Positions 1 to 13,492 of a DNA stretch of 64,000 bases are shown one piece after another. The first letter of the stretch is position 1. Every line of letters begins with the position of its first letter. The position numbers and the translations under genes are program-made. Under the pieces are notes generated by a model. That model was not told the DNA's origin and ran no database searches. It saw only the letters and a program-made list of their open reading frames with translations. Where the stretch lies: NCBI GenBank assembly GCA_951406725.2, contig OX597834.1, forward strand, positions 4,464,001 through 4,528,000. Direction: 5' to 3'. The stretch comes from Octopus vulgaris. Taxonomy: Eukaryota.

Positions 1-285
1 TTAGGGTTTAGAGTATTCAGCTCACAATTGTAAGATCATCAGTTTGATTCCCAGTGGTGTGTTGTATCCTTGAGCAAAACACTTTACTTCATGTTGCTCC
101 AGTCAACTCTACTATCAAAAATGAGTTGTACTTCTAACTCCAAAGGGGCCAGCCTTTGTCACATTCTGTGTCATGCTGAATCTCCCTGAGAATCTACATT
201 AAAGGTGGACGTGTGTGTCTATGAGTCGGCTGTTCCATTGATCGAACCAACTGGAACACCTGGTGTCATAGCTGACAGAGAGAGC
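1..285 (+). mobile_element. Diverged tRNA-derived SINE, family A, cut by window start
   Basis: Head and body (ccttgagcaaaacactt...aaaggggccagcctttgtcacattctgtgtcatgctgaatctccctgagaa) align by eye to 40719-41030 and to the reverse complement of 4166-4533. Confidence 0.75.
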
Positions 286-489
286 CAGAAATAAGAGGAT
301 ATAACAAATTAGTAACGTTTATAAAATCCAGGTAATTTCTATTGTGTAGGAAACATGAGTCCATGTTCATGATGTCATCAACAAACAAAGAAGCCTAATG
401 AACAAATATGTTAATTGGCGTTAAGCAATTAAAACTGATCTTAACATTTCAAGATCATTTAATATCAACTGTTTTTGTTTTTCTGGCTT

Positions 490-985
490 TTTCTCTCTCT
501 CTCTCTTTCTTGTACTTCCTTTCTCTCTCTTCCTTGTACTTCCTTTCTCTCTCTCTCTTGTACTTCCTTTCTCTCTCCCTCTTTCTTGTACTTCCTTTCT
601 CCCTCATCTTCTTGTACTTCCTTTTTCTCTGTCTCTCTCTTTCTTGTACTTCCTTTCTCTCTCTCTCCTTGTACTTCATTTCTCTCTCTCTTGTACTTCC
701 TTTTTTTCCCTCTATATCTCTCTTGTACTTCCTTTCTCTCTCTCTTGTACTTCCTTTCTCTCTCTCCTTCTTGTACTTCCTTTTCTCTCTCTCTTTCTTG
801 TACTTCCTTTCTCTCTCCCTCTTTCTTGTACTTCCTTTCTCCCTCACCTTCTTGTACTTCCTTTTTCTTTGTCTCTCTCTTTCTTGTACTTCATTTCTCT
901 CTCTCCTTGTACTTCAATTCTCTCTCTCTCTTGTACTTCCTTTTTTTTTTCTCTCTCTCTCTTGTACTTCCTTTCTTTCTCTCTA
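490..985. repeat. Pyrimidine-rich minisatellite, unit about CTTGTACTTCCTTTCTCTCTCT (21-26 bp)
   Basis: About 20 copies of cttgtactt separated by (CT)n; explains the overlapping ORFs at 408-1035. Confidence 0.95.
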
Positions 986-988
986 AAG

Positions 989-1320
989 CAGTGGTTCTCA
1001 ACAATTTTTTACCTATAGACCCCCTTTCATTCTGATTTCATTCTGGTCGACGCCACGGGGCCATTCGATGTTTAAAAACTAGTTTTATAGAAACTTCTTT
1101 GCTTTTCAAACATTCATTTCTGTAGGTTGAACTCTGTAAAATGTCGGAGAAAGAAACCTGTCTCTTCTAATAAATACATCTAAAGCAAAAGTTGTTCATA
1201 GACCCTTAATACACTACTGTGGATCCCCAACTTACTATTTTGCTTGTGTGTCTCCTTCCCCGCCGCCCAATCTTATATGGACCTGCAGAGGTCAAAGGGA
1301 CCCCTTGTTGAGAACTACTG
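989..1320. mobile_element. hAT (Charlie/MER5-like) MITE
   Basis: TIRs cagtggttctcaac / gttgagaactactg; 8-bp TSD ctctaaag (981-988) / ctctaaat (1321-1328). Confidence 0.85.
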
Positions 1321-1436
1321 CTCTAAATAAAAGGTGTTACTATCTGTAGATAAAAAGATCAAAAATATACAAAATTAGACAAAGGGGAATAACTTAAATA
1401 AACCAATGGTATGTTTTATGTGCAAATTCTTTTCTT

Positions 1437-1600
1437 TTATTCTTTTACTTGTTTCAGTCATTTGATTGCGGCCATGCTGGAGCACCCCCTTTAAGGGTGT
1501 TTTAGTCAAAGAAATTGACCCCAGGACTTATTCTTTGTAAGTTTAGTACTTATTCTACTAGTCTCTTTTGACAAACTACTGAGTTATGGGATGTAAACAC
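1437..1600 (-). mobile_element. SINE family B, 3' half
   Basis: Reverse complement of the family tail gctccagcatggccgca...tgactgaaacaagtaaaaga. Confidence 0.8.
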
Positions 1601-1705
1601 ACCATATATACATACATCTATATATATATATATATATATACATATAAAACATAATACATACATGTAATATATATATATATGTATGTGTGTATGTATGTAT
1701 GTATG

Positions 1706-1736
<31 letters not shown>

Positions 1737-1742
1737 ACATAC

Positions 1743-1775
<33 letters not shown>

Positions 1776-2325
1776 CATGTGTATATGTGTGTACCTCCGC
1801 CATTTGATAACCAGTGTTGGTCTGTTTATGTTCCCTACTTGGTAAAAGAAACTGACCAGATCTGATGGCTTTTAAGGTCTGTATTGCGCCCCAAACGTTG
1901 GATTGGAAGTAGAAAAATTAAAACATTTGCATAGAATTACAAAGTTATTTCCCTTGAAAACGCTTTCTGTTGAATATATTATTTAATTAAAGATTATATA
2001 TTTTAAAAAAATTCGATTTTCCTCCAATGGAGGAGCAAATAACTGAATCATAAGAAGCAAAGACAGGAAATAACTTCGTTTAGGAAGTGACAATCAGTTT
2101 GTAGCGATGTTAGCCGACAAGAACTGAGTTGGAAACGGGAAGTTTGTTGTTGCTGTTACCATTAACAAAAAGTATGTGTGTGTGTGTGTTTGTATGCTGA
2201 TATTACTTTATGCGGAAATGTTTATTACATGCATATATATCTGTATTTAAGAAAAAATGCGTGTATATCCAATAAAACCAATATTCTCAGTGGGAAAAAA
2301 AAAACGAATTTATAATTTGTAGATA

Positions 2326-2649
2326 TTACGGTGATGTACTTGCATAGCAAGTGACTTGATCTGAGATCGTGTGCTGGAACAAACACAATTGCAGCGTGGA
2401 AGGTGTTTATAAGCCATTTAAAAACACACAAAAACCGTTAGATTTAATTTAATAAAATATTTTCGTCGCTTTGAGACCCCGACCTGTTCACTGACAAAGT
2501 TCTGTGTTGCATTTTGTCAGTGAACAGGTCGAGGTCTCAAAGCGGCGAAAATATTTTGCTAAATTAAATTTAAATGTTGAAGTGAATCTAACGGTTTTTG
2601 TGTGTTTTCAAATGGCTTATAAACCTTATAAACCTTCCACGCTGCAATT
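2326..2649 (-). mobile_element. Fold-back PLE-like insert with two opposed hammerhead-like motifs
   Basis: Inverted arms 2387-2498 / 2513-2649 plus a one-sided 60-bp tail; 12-bp TSD aatttgtagata (2314-2325 / 2650-2661); homologous to 21834-22177. Confidence 0.75.
2513..2563 (+). ncRNA. Type I hammerhead-like motif, G3-C8 variant, 3' arm of stem I mutated
   Basis: TTTGTCA-GTGAACA-G-GTCG..CGGC-GAAA-ATATTT-TGCTAAA. Confidence 0.55.
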
Positions 2650-2884
2650 AATTTGTAGATAATTATAAATAATAAACAGTCTAAGGGAAATAACCCAGTT
2701 TTTAGACTGCGTAAAAAGTTATCTCCCTTGCGTACAAGCAATTTTAAAAAAAAGTTAGTCAAACGTGGATAAAGCAGTTGACATGGCATTTTGTAAGCCC
2801 TTTTGAAGTGAGAACCATGCTATTGTCGATGCTTATTTACTGTTTAACGTTCTCAGTAAATATAAATCTGGAGAAATTAGACGT

Positions 2885-3200
2885 AGGCGTGGCTGCGTGG
2901 TAAGTAGCTTGCTTACAAAATACGTGGCTCCACTGCGTAACACCTGGGGGAAGGGACATCTACCATAGCCTCGGCCTTGTGAGTGGATTTTGTAAACACA
3001 CACACACACACACACACTCACTACCGCTTGACAACCGGTGTTGTTGTGTTTACGTCCCTGTAACATAGCAGTTCGGCAAAAGATATTGAGAGAATAAGAA
3101 CCGGACTTAAAAAAAAGTACTATGGTCGATTCATTCCACTAAAATTCTTTAAGGTGGTGCCCCAGCATGGCCACAGTCTGAAACAAGTAAAAAGTAAGAG
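2885..3200 (+). mobile_element. SINE family B, diverged
   Basis: ggcgtggctgcgtggtaagtagcttgctt head through cagcatggccacagtctgaaacaagtaaaa tail. Confidence 0.8.
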
Positions 3201-3256
3201 ATACAAAAATAGAATAACTATATGTAATATAAATAATAATAATAATAATAATGATG

Positions 3257-3297
<41 letters not shown>

Positions 3298-3328
3298 TTA
3301 ATAATGATAGTATTTTATAAGCTGATAG

Positions 3329-3425
<97 letters not shown>

Positions 3426-3427
<2 letters not shown>

Positions 3428-3638
3428 ACGGGAAGCTTTATGAAAATAGACAAAAGACGAAGGCAGGTGGGAAACAAACAAACTATTGTATTAGTATGGC
3501 GCTCAGGAAATATGAATAAAACAAGTCTTTAACGTTTCGAGCCTACGCTCTTCAACAGAAAGATACACAGAGAGAAAAAAAAACACAGAAAGAAGGAGAG
3601 AAAAAAATGCCTGCAGTAACTAACGAATCAACATGGCG

Positions 3639-3641
<3 letters not shown>
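3426..3641 (-). mobile_element. About 215-bp hammerhead-bearing element inserted in (TA)n
   Basis: Near-identical in reverse orientation to 29850-30062; (TA)n on both sides. Confidence 0.75.
3526..3563 (-). ncRNA. Minimal type I hammerhead-like motif, A6U variant
   Basis: Minus strand reads TCTTT-CTGTTGA-A-GAGC GTAG GCTC-GAAA-CGT-T-AAAGA. Confidence 0.6.
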
Positions 3642-3706
<65 letters not shown>

Positions 3707-3744
3707 TACATACATATATATACACACACACACACACATATATA

Positions 3745-4735
3745 TGAGAGCTGCACTTATAGAGATGCCTCAGTAGCCCAGTTTGCAAAAGTGTTTTTCA
3801 GTTTGGGCCAATGATCAACTACAACTTGACACTGTTAGAGGAAATATCAAAATACCTCACCTTTCAAAAGATTGTGGAGCAGTAATCAAAACATCTCAAG
3901 AAATGTCCTAGCCTCTTACTGAATTATGGAAATCACGAGTGGGTTTCTGAACGAAGCCTCTTAGCTTCCAACCATGATATTGTCCAGAATACAAATGCAC
4001 ACACACACCAGTCAACATTTGTCAACCAAATACAGAGGGTATTATCCATATTCAGCAGCTGATGTTAACGAACCTACCAAACTATCCATCAGAGTTTATC
4101 AATTCACGTCAGCCCCCCGGGGTCTCTTCTTACAGCCAGCACGTGAAAGTAGGACCCCCTTATGTCACGACGACGAGGGTTCCGGTTGATCCGAATCAAC
4201 GGAACAGCCTGCTCGTGAAATTAACGTGTAAGTGGCTGAGCACTCCACAGACACGTGCACCCTTAACGTAGTTCTCGGGGATATTCAGCGTGACACAGAG
4301 AGTGACAAGGCCGGCCCTTTGAAATACAGGTACAACAGAAACAGGAAGTAAGAGCGAGAGAAAGTTGTGGTGAAAGAGTACAGCAGGGATCACCACCACC
4401 ATCCCCTGCCGGAGCCTCAAGGAGCTTTAGGTGTTTTCGCTCAATAAACACTCACAACGCCCGGTCTGGGAATCGAAACCGCGATCCTATGACCGCGAGT
4501 CCGCTGCCCTAACCACTGGGCCATTGCGCCTCCACCCCCCTTATGTGTTGGATGCACCAATATGTACCAATATTTTCTAATGGCGCAACAGCTGCTGTAA
4601 AAACGTTTATGCTCCATTATGAATGGTTTCGAAAATTGAGATGTTTCCCCGTCACATCTTCTCTTCATCCCATCAGATATTCTATCTCAGTTCCTTTCAA
4701 GTGCCACAGTCTTTATGACTATCAACAAGTTTCGT
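3745..4735 (+). pseudogene. Decayed Helitron PIF1-like helicase fragment, interrupted by a SINE
   Basis: Frameshifted peptides NHEWVSERSLLASNHD, NYPSEFINSRQPPG..VKVGPP, FSNGAT, LFIPSD, FMTINK follow the order of Helitron helicase motifs (W..ERAILAP, YP.EFLNSL.P.G.P...LKVG.P, LCNGT, AMTINKSQG). Confidence 0.7.
4166..4533 (-). mobile_element. SINE family A, near full length, young
   Basis: tRNA head with A/B boxes (tggcccagtggtt...ggtttcgattccc); TSD cccccttatgt; near-identical to 48818-49197 and 62752-63100. Confidence 0.9.
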
Positions 4736-4758
4736 TCTCTTTCTTTATGATCATCATA

Positions 4759-5168
4759 GGCGTAGGAGTGGCTGTGTGGTAAGTAGCTTGCTTACGAACC
4801 ACATGGTTCCGGGTTCAGTCCCACTGCGTGGCACCTTGGGCAAGTGTCTTCTGCTATAGCCTCGGGCCGACCAAAGCCTTTTGAGTGGATTTGGTAGACG
4901 GAAACTGAAAGAAGCCCGTCGTATATATGTATATATATATGTATGTGTATGTGTATATGTTTGTGTGTCTGTGCCCCCCCAACATCGCTTGACAACCGAT
5001 GCTAGTGTGTTTACGTCCCCGTAACTTAGCGGTTCGGCAAAAGAGACCGATAGAATAAGTACTAGGCTTACAAAGAATAAGTCCCGAGATCGATTTGCTC
5101 GACTAGAGGCGGTGCTCCAGCATGGCCACAGTCAAATGACTGAAACAAGTAAAAGAGTAAAAAGAGTA
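4759..5168 (+). mobile_element. SINE family B, full length (CORE/V-like block, internal TA/TG microsatellite)
   Basis: tRNA-like head, caccttgggcaagtgtctt block, (gtaaaaga)n tail; many copies in window. Confidence 0.9.
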
Positions 5169-6035
5169 TATCTTAACAAGGATATTATTTTACAGTTGTT
5201 ATGATTGAACTTCTCATGTGGTCGACACCATGTGGCATGATCACGTGTTTCGTTTTATCGGAATATAGAACCACAGAGAAAGAAATGTCGACCACCCTTG
5301 AGCTCTTTGTTGAATAAAACATTTCTGATAGAATTGTTTTCGTTTTGTGCATTGCGTATCAGTTGGAGATTGCAAGAAAATATGTAAAGCAAAATACATG
5401 GTGTGTTCTTAAATCACAAAATTAGCATTCCCAATAAATACAGCGTCGTATGATATAAAAATATGGGAAAATTCAACTTTAGGCATTTATCTACGTTGCA
5501 ATGAGAATATATGTAAATAAAATTATATCCAAAAAGCATCACCCCACCCACAAAAAAAACAAAACAAAAACACTTGCAATAAATTAAATAATTTAATGTC
5601 AAGAGAGAAATATCTCGAAGCACACACACAAAGCTATAAATAATAGCATGTAAATATTGCACAGAAAGAAAAACCGAAGGAAGCTCGCTGAACACGAACC
5701 CGCATCTGCTGTAGATATAACAGGAGGCCTAGCACTGTGTCAAAGAAACCCTTCGGATTGGCTGCATCCATTTTAGAAACTTTATTCTTATCAGCGAGAA
5801 TTATATGTAGCTGACGTCATAAGATTTTGTAAACTTTCGAGAGAACGGGAGTAATTCTTATTTGGAATATCCCGAATCACACACAGGAGATGTGGGTTCG
5901 AGTCCTACGAGCATCCTTCGTTTTTTTCTATCCAAAAGAGTTGTTCAACCCAGCCTCGAGATATTCTCCAAAAATAAATGATTTAAATTCAACGCACATA
6001 TTTTTACATATCTGGCCCCCAGAAGAAACACCGGT

Positions 6036-6285
<250 letters not shown>

Positions 6286-6295
6286 ATATAAATGA

Positions 6296-6512
6296 TTTAT
6301 TTAAAAGCAGCAGAAATTTAACAAAAGCTGTTACTCGGACTTTCACGTTCCCCCTTTTTTTTAAACAAAACTGTCCGACGAACGGGAACGTGAAACTCCG
6401 AGTAACAGCTTTTGTTAAATTTCTGCTGCTTTTAAATAAAACACATTACTCTACCTCTGGTATTTGAGTACTCTTTTTTCCACCTTGTTTCACATTTATG
6501 TGTTTACTACAG
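6296..6512 (+). mobile_element. Fold-back PLE-like insert between (TA)n tracts
   Basis: Inverted repeat 6296-6440 plus about 70-bp one-sided tail. Confidence 0.7.
6364..6416 (+). ncRNA. Type I hammerhead-like motif, U4C variant
   Basis: AACAAAACTGT-CCGACGA-ACG GGAA CGT-GAAA-CTCCGAGT-A-ACAG(C)TTTTGTT; all three stems pair. Confidence 0.65.
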
Positions 6513-6598
<86 letters not shown>

Positions 6599-7259
6599 CA
6601 GTGTTGTAGTTTAAAAAATATTGCAAATATCTTTCCCTATCGGTTTTGATTTTTCTTATTTTCATAATAATAGTCTTCTACAACAATAGCGCCAACAGCC
6701 ATAACAATACCATGACGAAATAGAATAACACTCAGCAAAAGCAATCACAAAACTGAATAGCGCGATGTTAACCGTGTAGAATGAGTTACAGTTAGGACTG
6801 AGCAGCGAACATAAATCGCATAAGTACAAGAGTATGGGAAACAATAATATTATACTATTAACACAAACCCCCCTATTTGATGCAGTTTCTGAATAATCAA
6901 TCGAAAACCAAGACAATCAACCGAACATCCATTCTCAAATGAATCATCGTATTTGTTTCTTCTAATAAAACAATTTCACAGTATCGAATGAAATTTGGTT
7001 CTGAAACAATAAACAAATTTTTTTATACAAGTCACTTTCACTAAATTATGTATATCCAATGGAAAAATAGTAGTTTAAAGTTTATGGTACAATTATTAAT
7101 CAGGTAGAAGAAGAAGTTCCCAATTCTTCAACAGAAACTTGGACATATGCTTACAACTGCTGAAAAATTCAGATCTACTATAGAGTTCAACAGTGATTTA
7201 GTGATCTTAGTTCTGAAAAGGATCTGAGCTTTTTCAGCTAAGCAGCTCTAATCCACTAT

Positions 7260-8471
<1,212 letters not shown>

Positions 8472-9074
8472 CACACACACACACACATATATATATGTGC
8501 TTGTGGATGTGTGGGTGTGCATGTGTGTGCGTGAGTGTGTGCATGCGTGAGTGTGTGTGTGTATATATGTGTGCGTATACACACACACATTCAATCAAAA
8601 ATGAAACCAGGAAAAAAACAACAGACGTGAAATAAACCGTACACAGTAGAAATATTAGGATTGACGCTCAAGGAAAATTTTAAATGGAGAAATAGGTGCG
8701 GAAATGACGTTTCGAGCGTGGCTCTTTGTCGGAAAGAGGAAAACGTCGAGAGAGGAGAGTTTAGACATAGCAACAATAACAACTCAATAAAAAAAATGCT
8801 TCAACACAAAGCGGTGGTCGAGTAGAGAGCATCAGCTTATAGCTTCCTGGAGGTGCACTCGCGATGCAGAAACATCTGCAAGCCTATGAAGTTGATTACG
8901 CAATCCCTTTTCTCTTGCCATTTATTAAAATTCATATTATGCTCTGTGTATAATATACATCCCTAACTATATACATGTAAGTATATATATACAAATACAC
9001 ACATACATGCATACATGCATACATGCATACATACAAACATACATACATACACGCATGCATGCACACACACACGC

Positions 9075-9128
<54 letters not shown>

Positions 9129-9159
9129 CAAAATAAGCAACAAGGATATCCAAAGGTAG

Positions 9160-9247
9160 TGTAGTAAAATCGTTTCATGCTACCTCATTTAATTAAACAA
9201 TGTAAGTATTACATCAGTTGTAAAATGTAGAGCACTCTTCAGCCACA
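9160..9247 (-). ncRNA. Hammerhead-like motif with canonical core and long stem II
   Basis: Minus strand TGTGG-CTGAAGA-GTGCT...(about 55 nt)...AGCAT-GAAA-CGATTTT-A-CTACA. Confidence 0.55.
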
Positions 9248-10727
9248 TATGGAATTTTAAAAATTAAATTGACTATTGATATATATATATGAATAATTGT
9301 TACAACTACAAAGACGAATCAAGTTATTACTCTTTGGCATATTTTCTAAAAAGCTGTTCCCTCTAAAAATGTGATGTCTTGATCATAAGTAACAGGATTT
9401 CAATAAAATTTCGTAAGCAGATTCTGTGAGGACCTTAAACTTTAGACATAACTATTTCTGTCTCATACGTAACTATATAAAAGCGTATTGGATAACGTGT
9501 AGTCGGGCTAAGAGCATATGAACATTATCTACTCACCTAAAGACCAATCGCTTTTGTTTGTCGAGTTCTGTAAACTGAAAAATTCTGATATATCTATGAA
9601 TCAACCAGACAAAACCCAAACGGAATTGAAGGCAATGCAACTTCAGTCATCGACAAGTGAAGTTCTTCAAATATTACAGCAAAAATATGGGTTACAGGTC
9701 ATATATTAATATAATAAAATCGAAGTCTGTTCCATTTAGAAGGAAGTACATTGTGGCGAGTATCAAAGAATACTGCGGTATATCTTTATTAATTGAAGAC
9801 ATCTGCTGAATATAATCAGCAAAAGTATGTGAAATCAGAACCAAAGTTCCATTTTAAAGCACCGCAACTGATTAATGCAGTAAAGTGTGTTACATCTTGG
9901 TAACTGCAACACGATTTGTATGCTCAGTGTTAAAAAATAGTGTCTTGGTATTAAAACACTAGAGAAAAACAATAATTCTATATTAATTATCGTCTGCGAT
10001 TCTTTTGACTGAGCTATCTGCAACTCACATATTTCTGCAGATGAATATATTAATTTCCTCATACAGATAACCATATCGATTTTACATGTCAGTCGAGAGT
10101 TTGTCGAACATTCAAAAATAGTAATAATAATAAAAAAATAACTATACGTATTTGTGTTGCAGTATGTATCTGTTCTTATATGTTTAAATTAATTAATGTG
10201 TGCGTTAGGGAATGGTGTGTTTGTGTATGTGTATGTCGTTTGAGAGAAGCATAGCGTAACAAATGAATATTGATGTTCTTTGTTTTTGTTTTCGCCTTTC
10301 TGGCAAATAGCTTCTGGTTGGCACTTTTATTAGGTAGCTACTTGTAATTCGGCACCAATTGCAACGTATATGAAAGCTTTAATCAAGGCGTAATAGCTTA
10401 TATCAAGAAATAAATTGTTTGAGTAGAATTATTTAACGGTTAACGATTTGGATAAAGGCCCAGTTAAGATAACTGTCTCGAAAATTGGTTGAGCAACGAG
10501 TGTAAATAAGTAATTGATTATAAAAAAAGAAAAACAAAATCTGTAAAGAAAACGAAACTGATAACAAAAATATGAGAAAAATAATTTAATGTCGTATTAA
10601 ACCAAAATATTGACGTTTCGCTTATCAATTAGCTGTGGTGCCCGGCGATTGCCAAGTATTGCCAAAAACAAACAAACAAACCATTATGCAGTAATGTGGA
10701 AATCTCGTCAAGCATAACAAGCCATAG

Positions 10728-11169
10728 AGGTGTGGCTGTGTGGTAAGAAGCTTGCTTCCCAACTATATAGTTCCAGGTTCAGTCCCACTGCGTAGCCCTG
10801 TCTTCTACTATAACCTCGGGCCGACCAAAAGCCTTGTGAGTGGATTTGGTAGAAGGAAACTGAAAGAAGCTCGTCGTATATATATATACATATATATAAT
10901 ACAAATAAGAAAATGGAGAAGCAATTTAGTTTGTTCATCAACTTTCGGATATTAGAATGTCGACTTATTTATTCATTTAAGAAAATGAGAACCTTAATAG
11001 CATACATATATACACTATAATTCAATACATATAAGATAAGAATACAAATTATAAAAGTCATAATATAAATTATGTAAATCATTAAAATCACTCCTTACAG
11101 CTGTTTCAGCCTATGGTCAAAAGTAGTTTTTATTTTTATTGCCTATAGATGTCAATTATATTGAGGTTG

Positions 11170-11216
<47 letters not shown>

Positions 11217-11242
11217 GTGTGTGTGTGTGTGTATGTGCGTAC

Positions 11243-11273
<31 letters not shown>

Positions 11274-11481
11274 TGTCTGTGTTTGTTCTCGCGTCATTGT
11301 TCCCTCAACATCGTTGACAACTGATGCTGGTGTGTTTACGTCCCCGAAACATAGCGGTTCGGCAAAAGAGACCGATAGAATAAGCACTAGGCTTACAAAG
11401 AATAAATTTTGGCGTCAAGTTGTTCGACTAAAGGCGGTGCTCCAGCATGGCCGCAGTCAAATGACCGAAACAAGTAAAAGG
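10728..11481 (+). mobile_element. SINE family B split by a ~270-bp insert (about 10898-11171) in its internal (TA)n
   Basis: 5' half 10728-10878, 3' half about 11215-11481. Confidence 0.8.
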
Positions 11482-11530
11482 TGAAACAATCTTTGTGTAT
11501 TGTCATTGTAGAAGAAATTACAGTGTAATG

Positions 11531-11715
11531 GGATCTTTTCCTTTTGAACGGCAGTTTTCAACACAATTTCTAGGTAACTAAACACTTTTAAATTTCGTAT
11601 ACTGGTTGAATGTGTTTATAAAACATCATTTTTTTCTTGGTTTTATTGAGAAAATTCTATATGTTGTAACATATTTAGACTTTGATTTCGAGCATTTCGG
11701 CAATTTTAACCAATC
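11531..11715. mobile_element. One end of the GGATC-TIR MITE family seen complete at 46094-46505
   Basis: ggatcttttccttttgaacggcagtttt...tttctaggtaac matches the reverse complement of the 46505 end. Confidence 0.75.
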
Positions 11716-11753
11716 GCCCACCTCCTGTCTGTCTGTCTGTCTGTCTGTCTGTC

Positions 11754-11871
<118 letters not shown>

Positions 11872-11899
11872 ATATATGTGTGTGTGTGTATATATACAA

Positions 11900-12105
11900 G
11901 GAGGTACTAAAAAGTTCTTGGCTTTAAGGGTTTCGCGAAAGGCCTGATTGGAGGCCCAATCTTCCGAGTTCTTTTATAGGGCTTAGAAAAACTGAAGGAC
12001 CGCTGCATTATGTCAATCTGAGAGGAATATTTTAAATAAAATCATAATTAACTGATCCTCCTCTATTTTCTTTTATTCAATGCCAAGAACTTTTCAGAAC
12101 CCTCT
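11900..12105. mobile_element. Mariner-derived MITE; second copy at about 30745-30958
   Basis: TIRs gaggtactaaaaagttcttggc / gccaagaacttttcagaaccctc in TA context; internal aaaactgaaggacc.ctgca shared by both copies. Confidence 0.7.
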
Positions 12106-13492
12106 TATATATACACACATTGTTTTTCTCCTTTTTGTCGTTTTTCTTTTCTCTGTCTTTTCGCTATTTTTTAGGGTGTCTTACTACTTTTGGGCACAGA
12201 AAACCGGTGTCAGTAATATGGAGAAATAGTGGTATCATAAAAGAGACATCTGATGCATTTTTAAAGAACTAGACATTTGTATGAATATTGAGGTGGAGAG
12301 ATCTCTTCATGCAAAATGTGACGGGAGGGAGCCCTAAGGCCCACCATATCCATGGGTATGCTTGGGGCAATTGCTCCGTTTGTTCTCCTATAAATCCAGC
12401 TATGGTCTAACCAATTCGACTCAAAAGGTATGCAAAGCACCACGTTATGGTTACAAATCTGGGAGCCCATGAGTGCAAAGCGAGCTCCTTAGCCAGTTGG
12501 ATTTTCTTGCTTCTACAACGTGAATAGGTCAGACAGCAAAGCCTATAATATTTGTAGTTTACTACACAGTGTTCATACTTCATCAACTTAGAATAGAAAT
12601 AATGCTACGCAAAGAAATAGTTGTTATGAGATGTATATTTATTGAGACAGGAGTAATATAATCTTGGCTGTCGTGTGAAAATAACAGAAGCGTGATATGT
12701 TTTATTAGTTTTAAATATCAGTTTGCTATCGAGAGAAATAGTTTCTAGTAGCTAGTTATTCGGCAAACAATTAGAATGTCACCACTTGGCCAGTAAGTGT
12801 AACGATTTAAGGAGCTGTCTGTTTGTTAAGCAAGTTTCCCTAGTTAACTACCGGCTGGTCATTAAGCATAGCTCTATACCTTACACGTGTTTATGGCCTT
12901 TAAAAGCTTTCTAAATGGGAAATTATTTAACACGCAGGATTTTTACTTTGATGACTTTTGCTACAATCAACTCTAATGAAGCACTATTATTTCGCTATTA
13001 GTTTTACAATTTCCTAAGTTATTGATCTACTTCAGATAAATTGGATGAGTGTGAATGTGTGAATGTGTGAATGTGTGTGTGTGTGTGTGTGTTTGTGGTG
13101 TGTGCGTGCGCTTATGAATCTCCAGAGTAATACTCATAAGGGAAAAAGCAATCAGGATCGACTATTTCACAGATGATAAATAACGCTTTCTTCTTCTTCT
13201 TTTAGATTCATTATCTAATTACTCTTTGTGAATATGGGGCTCTTGTAATTAGTAAGTACGGAACAAGTCAAATTGCCTAACCCATCGTTCAACGAATTAC
13301 TCACGCAAAAATCACTTAATTTCAGCACAAAAACAAAGGAAAAACAAACCAAGGTAGGCTATACCCACTGCGTTGCCAATGTGTTGCCAACAGTGATTTT
13401 TCTACCCGGAGGAAGCTAGCTACAGCAAAGTACTCTGGTTCTTTGAGAACGAAATCTTTAGTTATATACGCAGTGAAATGATGAGATCTAAA

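Noticed and set aside
490-985. CRISPR-like repeat-spacer appearance
   Set aside because: Spacers are variable (CT)n, context is eukaryotic, and no cas genes are present
408-1035. Long ORFs of 124-192 aa
   Set aside because: Translations of a CT-rich minisatellite, open in several frames on both strands
4196-4451. Repeated ORFs MVVVIPAVLFHH.. / MFIERKHLK.. (also at 48863 and 62766)
   Set aside because: Incidental frames within a non-coding SINE
4455-4533. tRNA-like sequence
   Set aside because: SINE head followed by SINE body and TSD, not a tRNA gene
9537-10090. Possible host exon on minus strand ending at an AG|GTGAGT donor
   Set aside because: No convincing reading frame or homology; cannot be supported without transcripts
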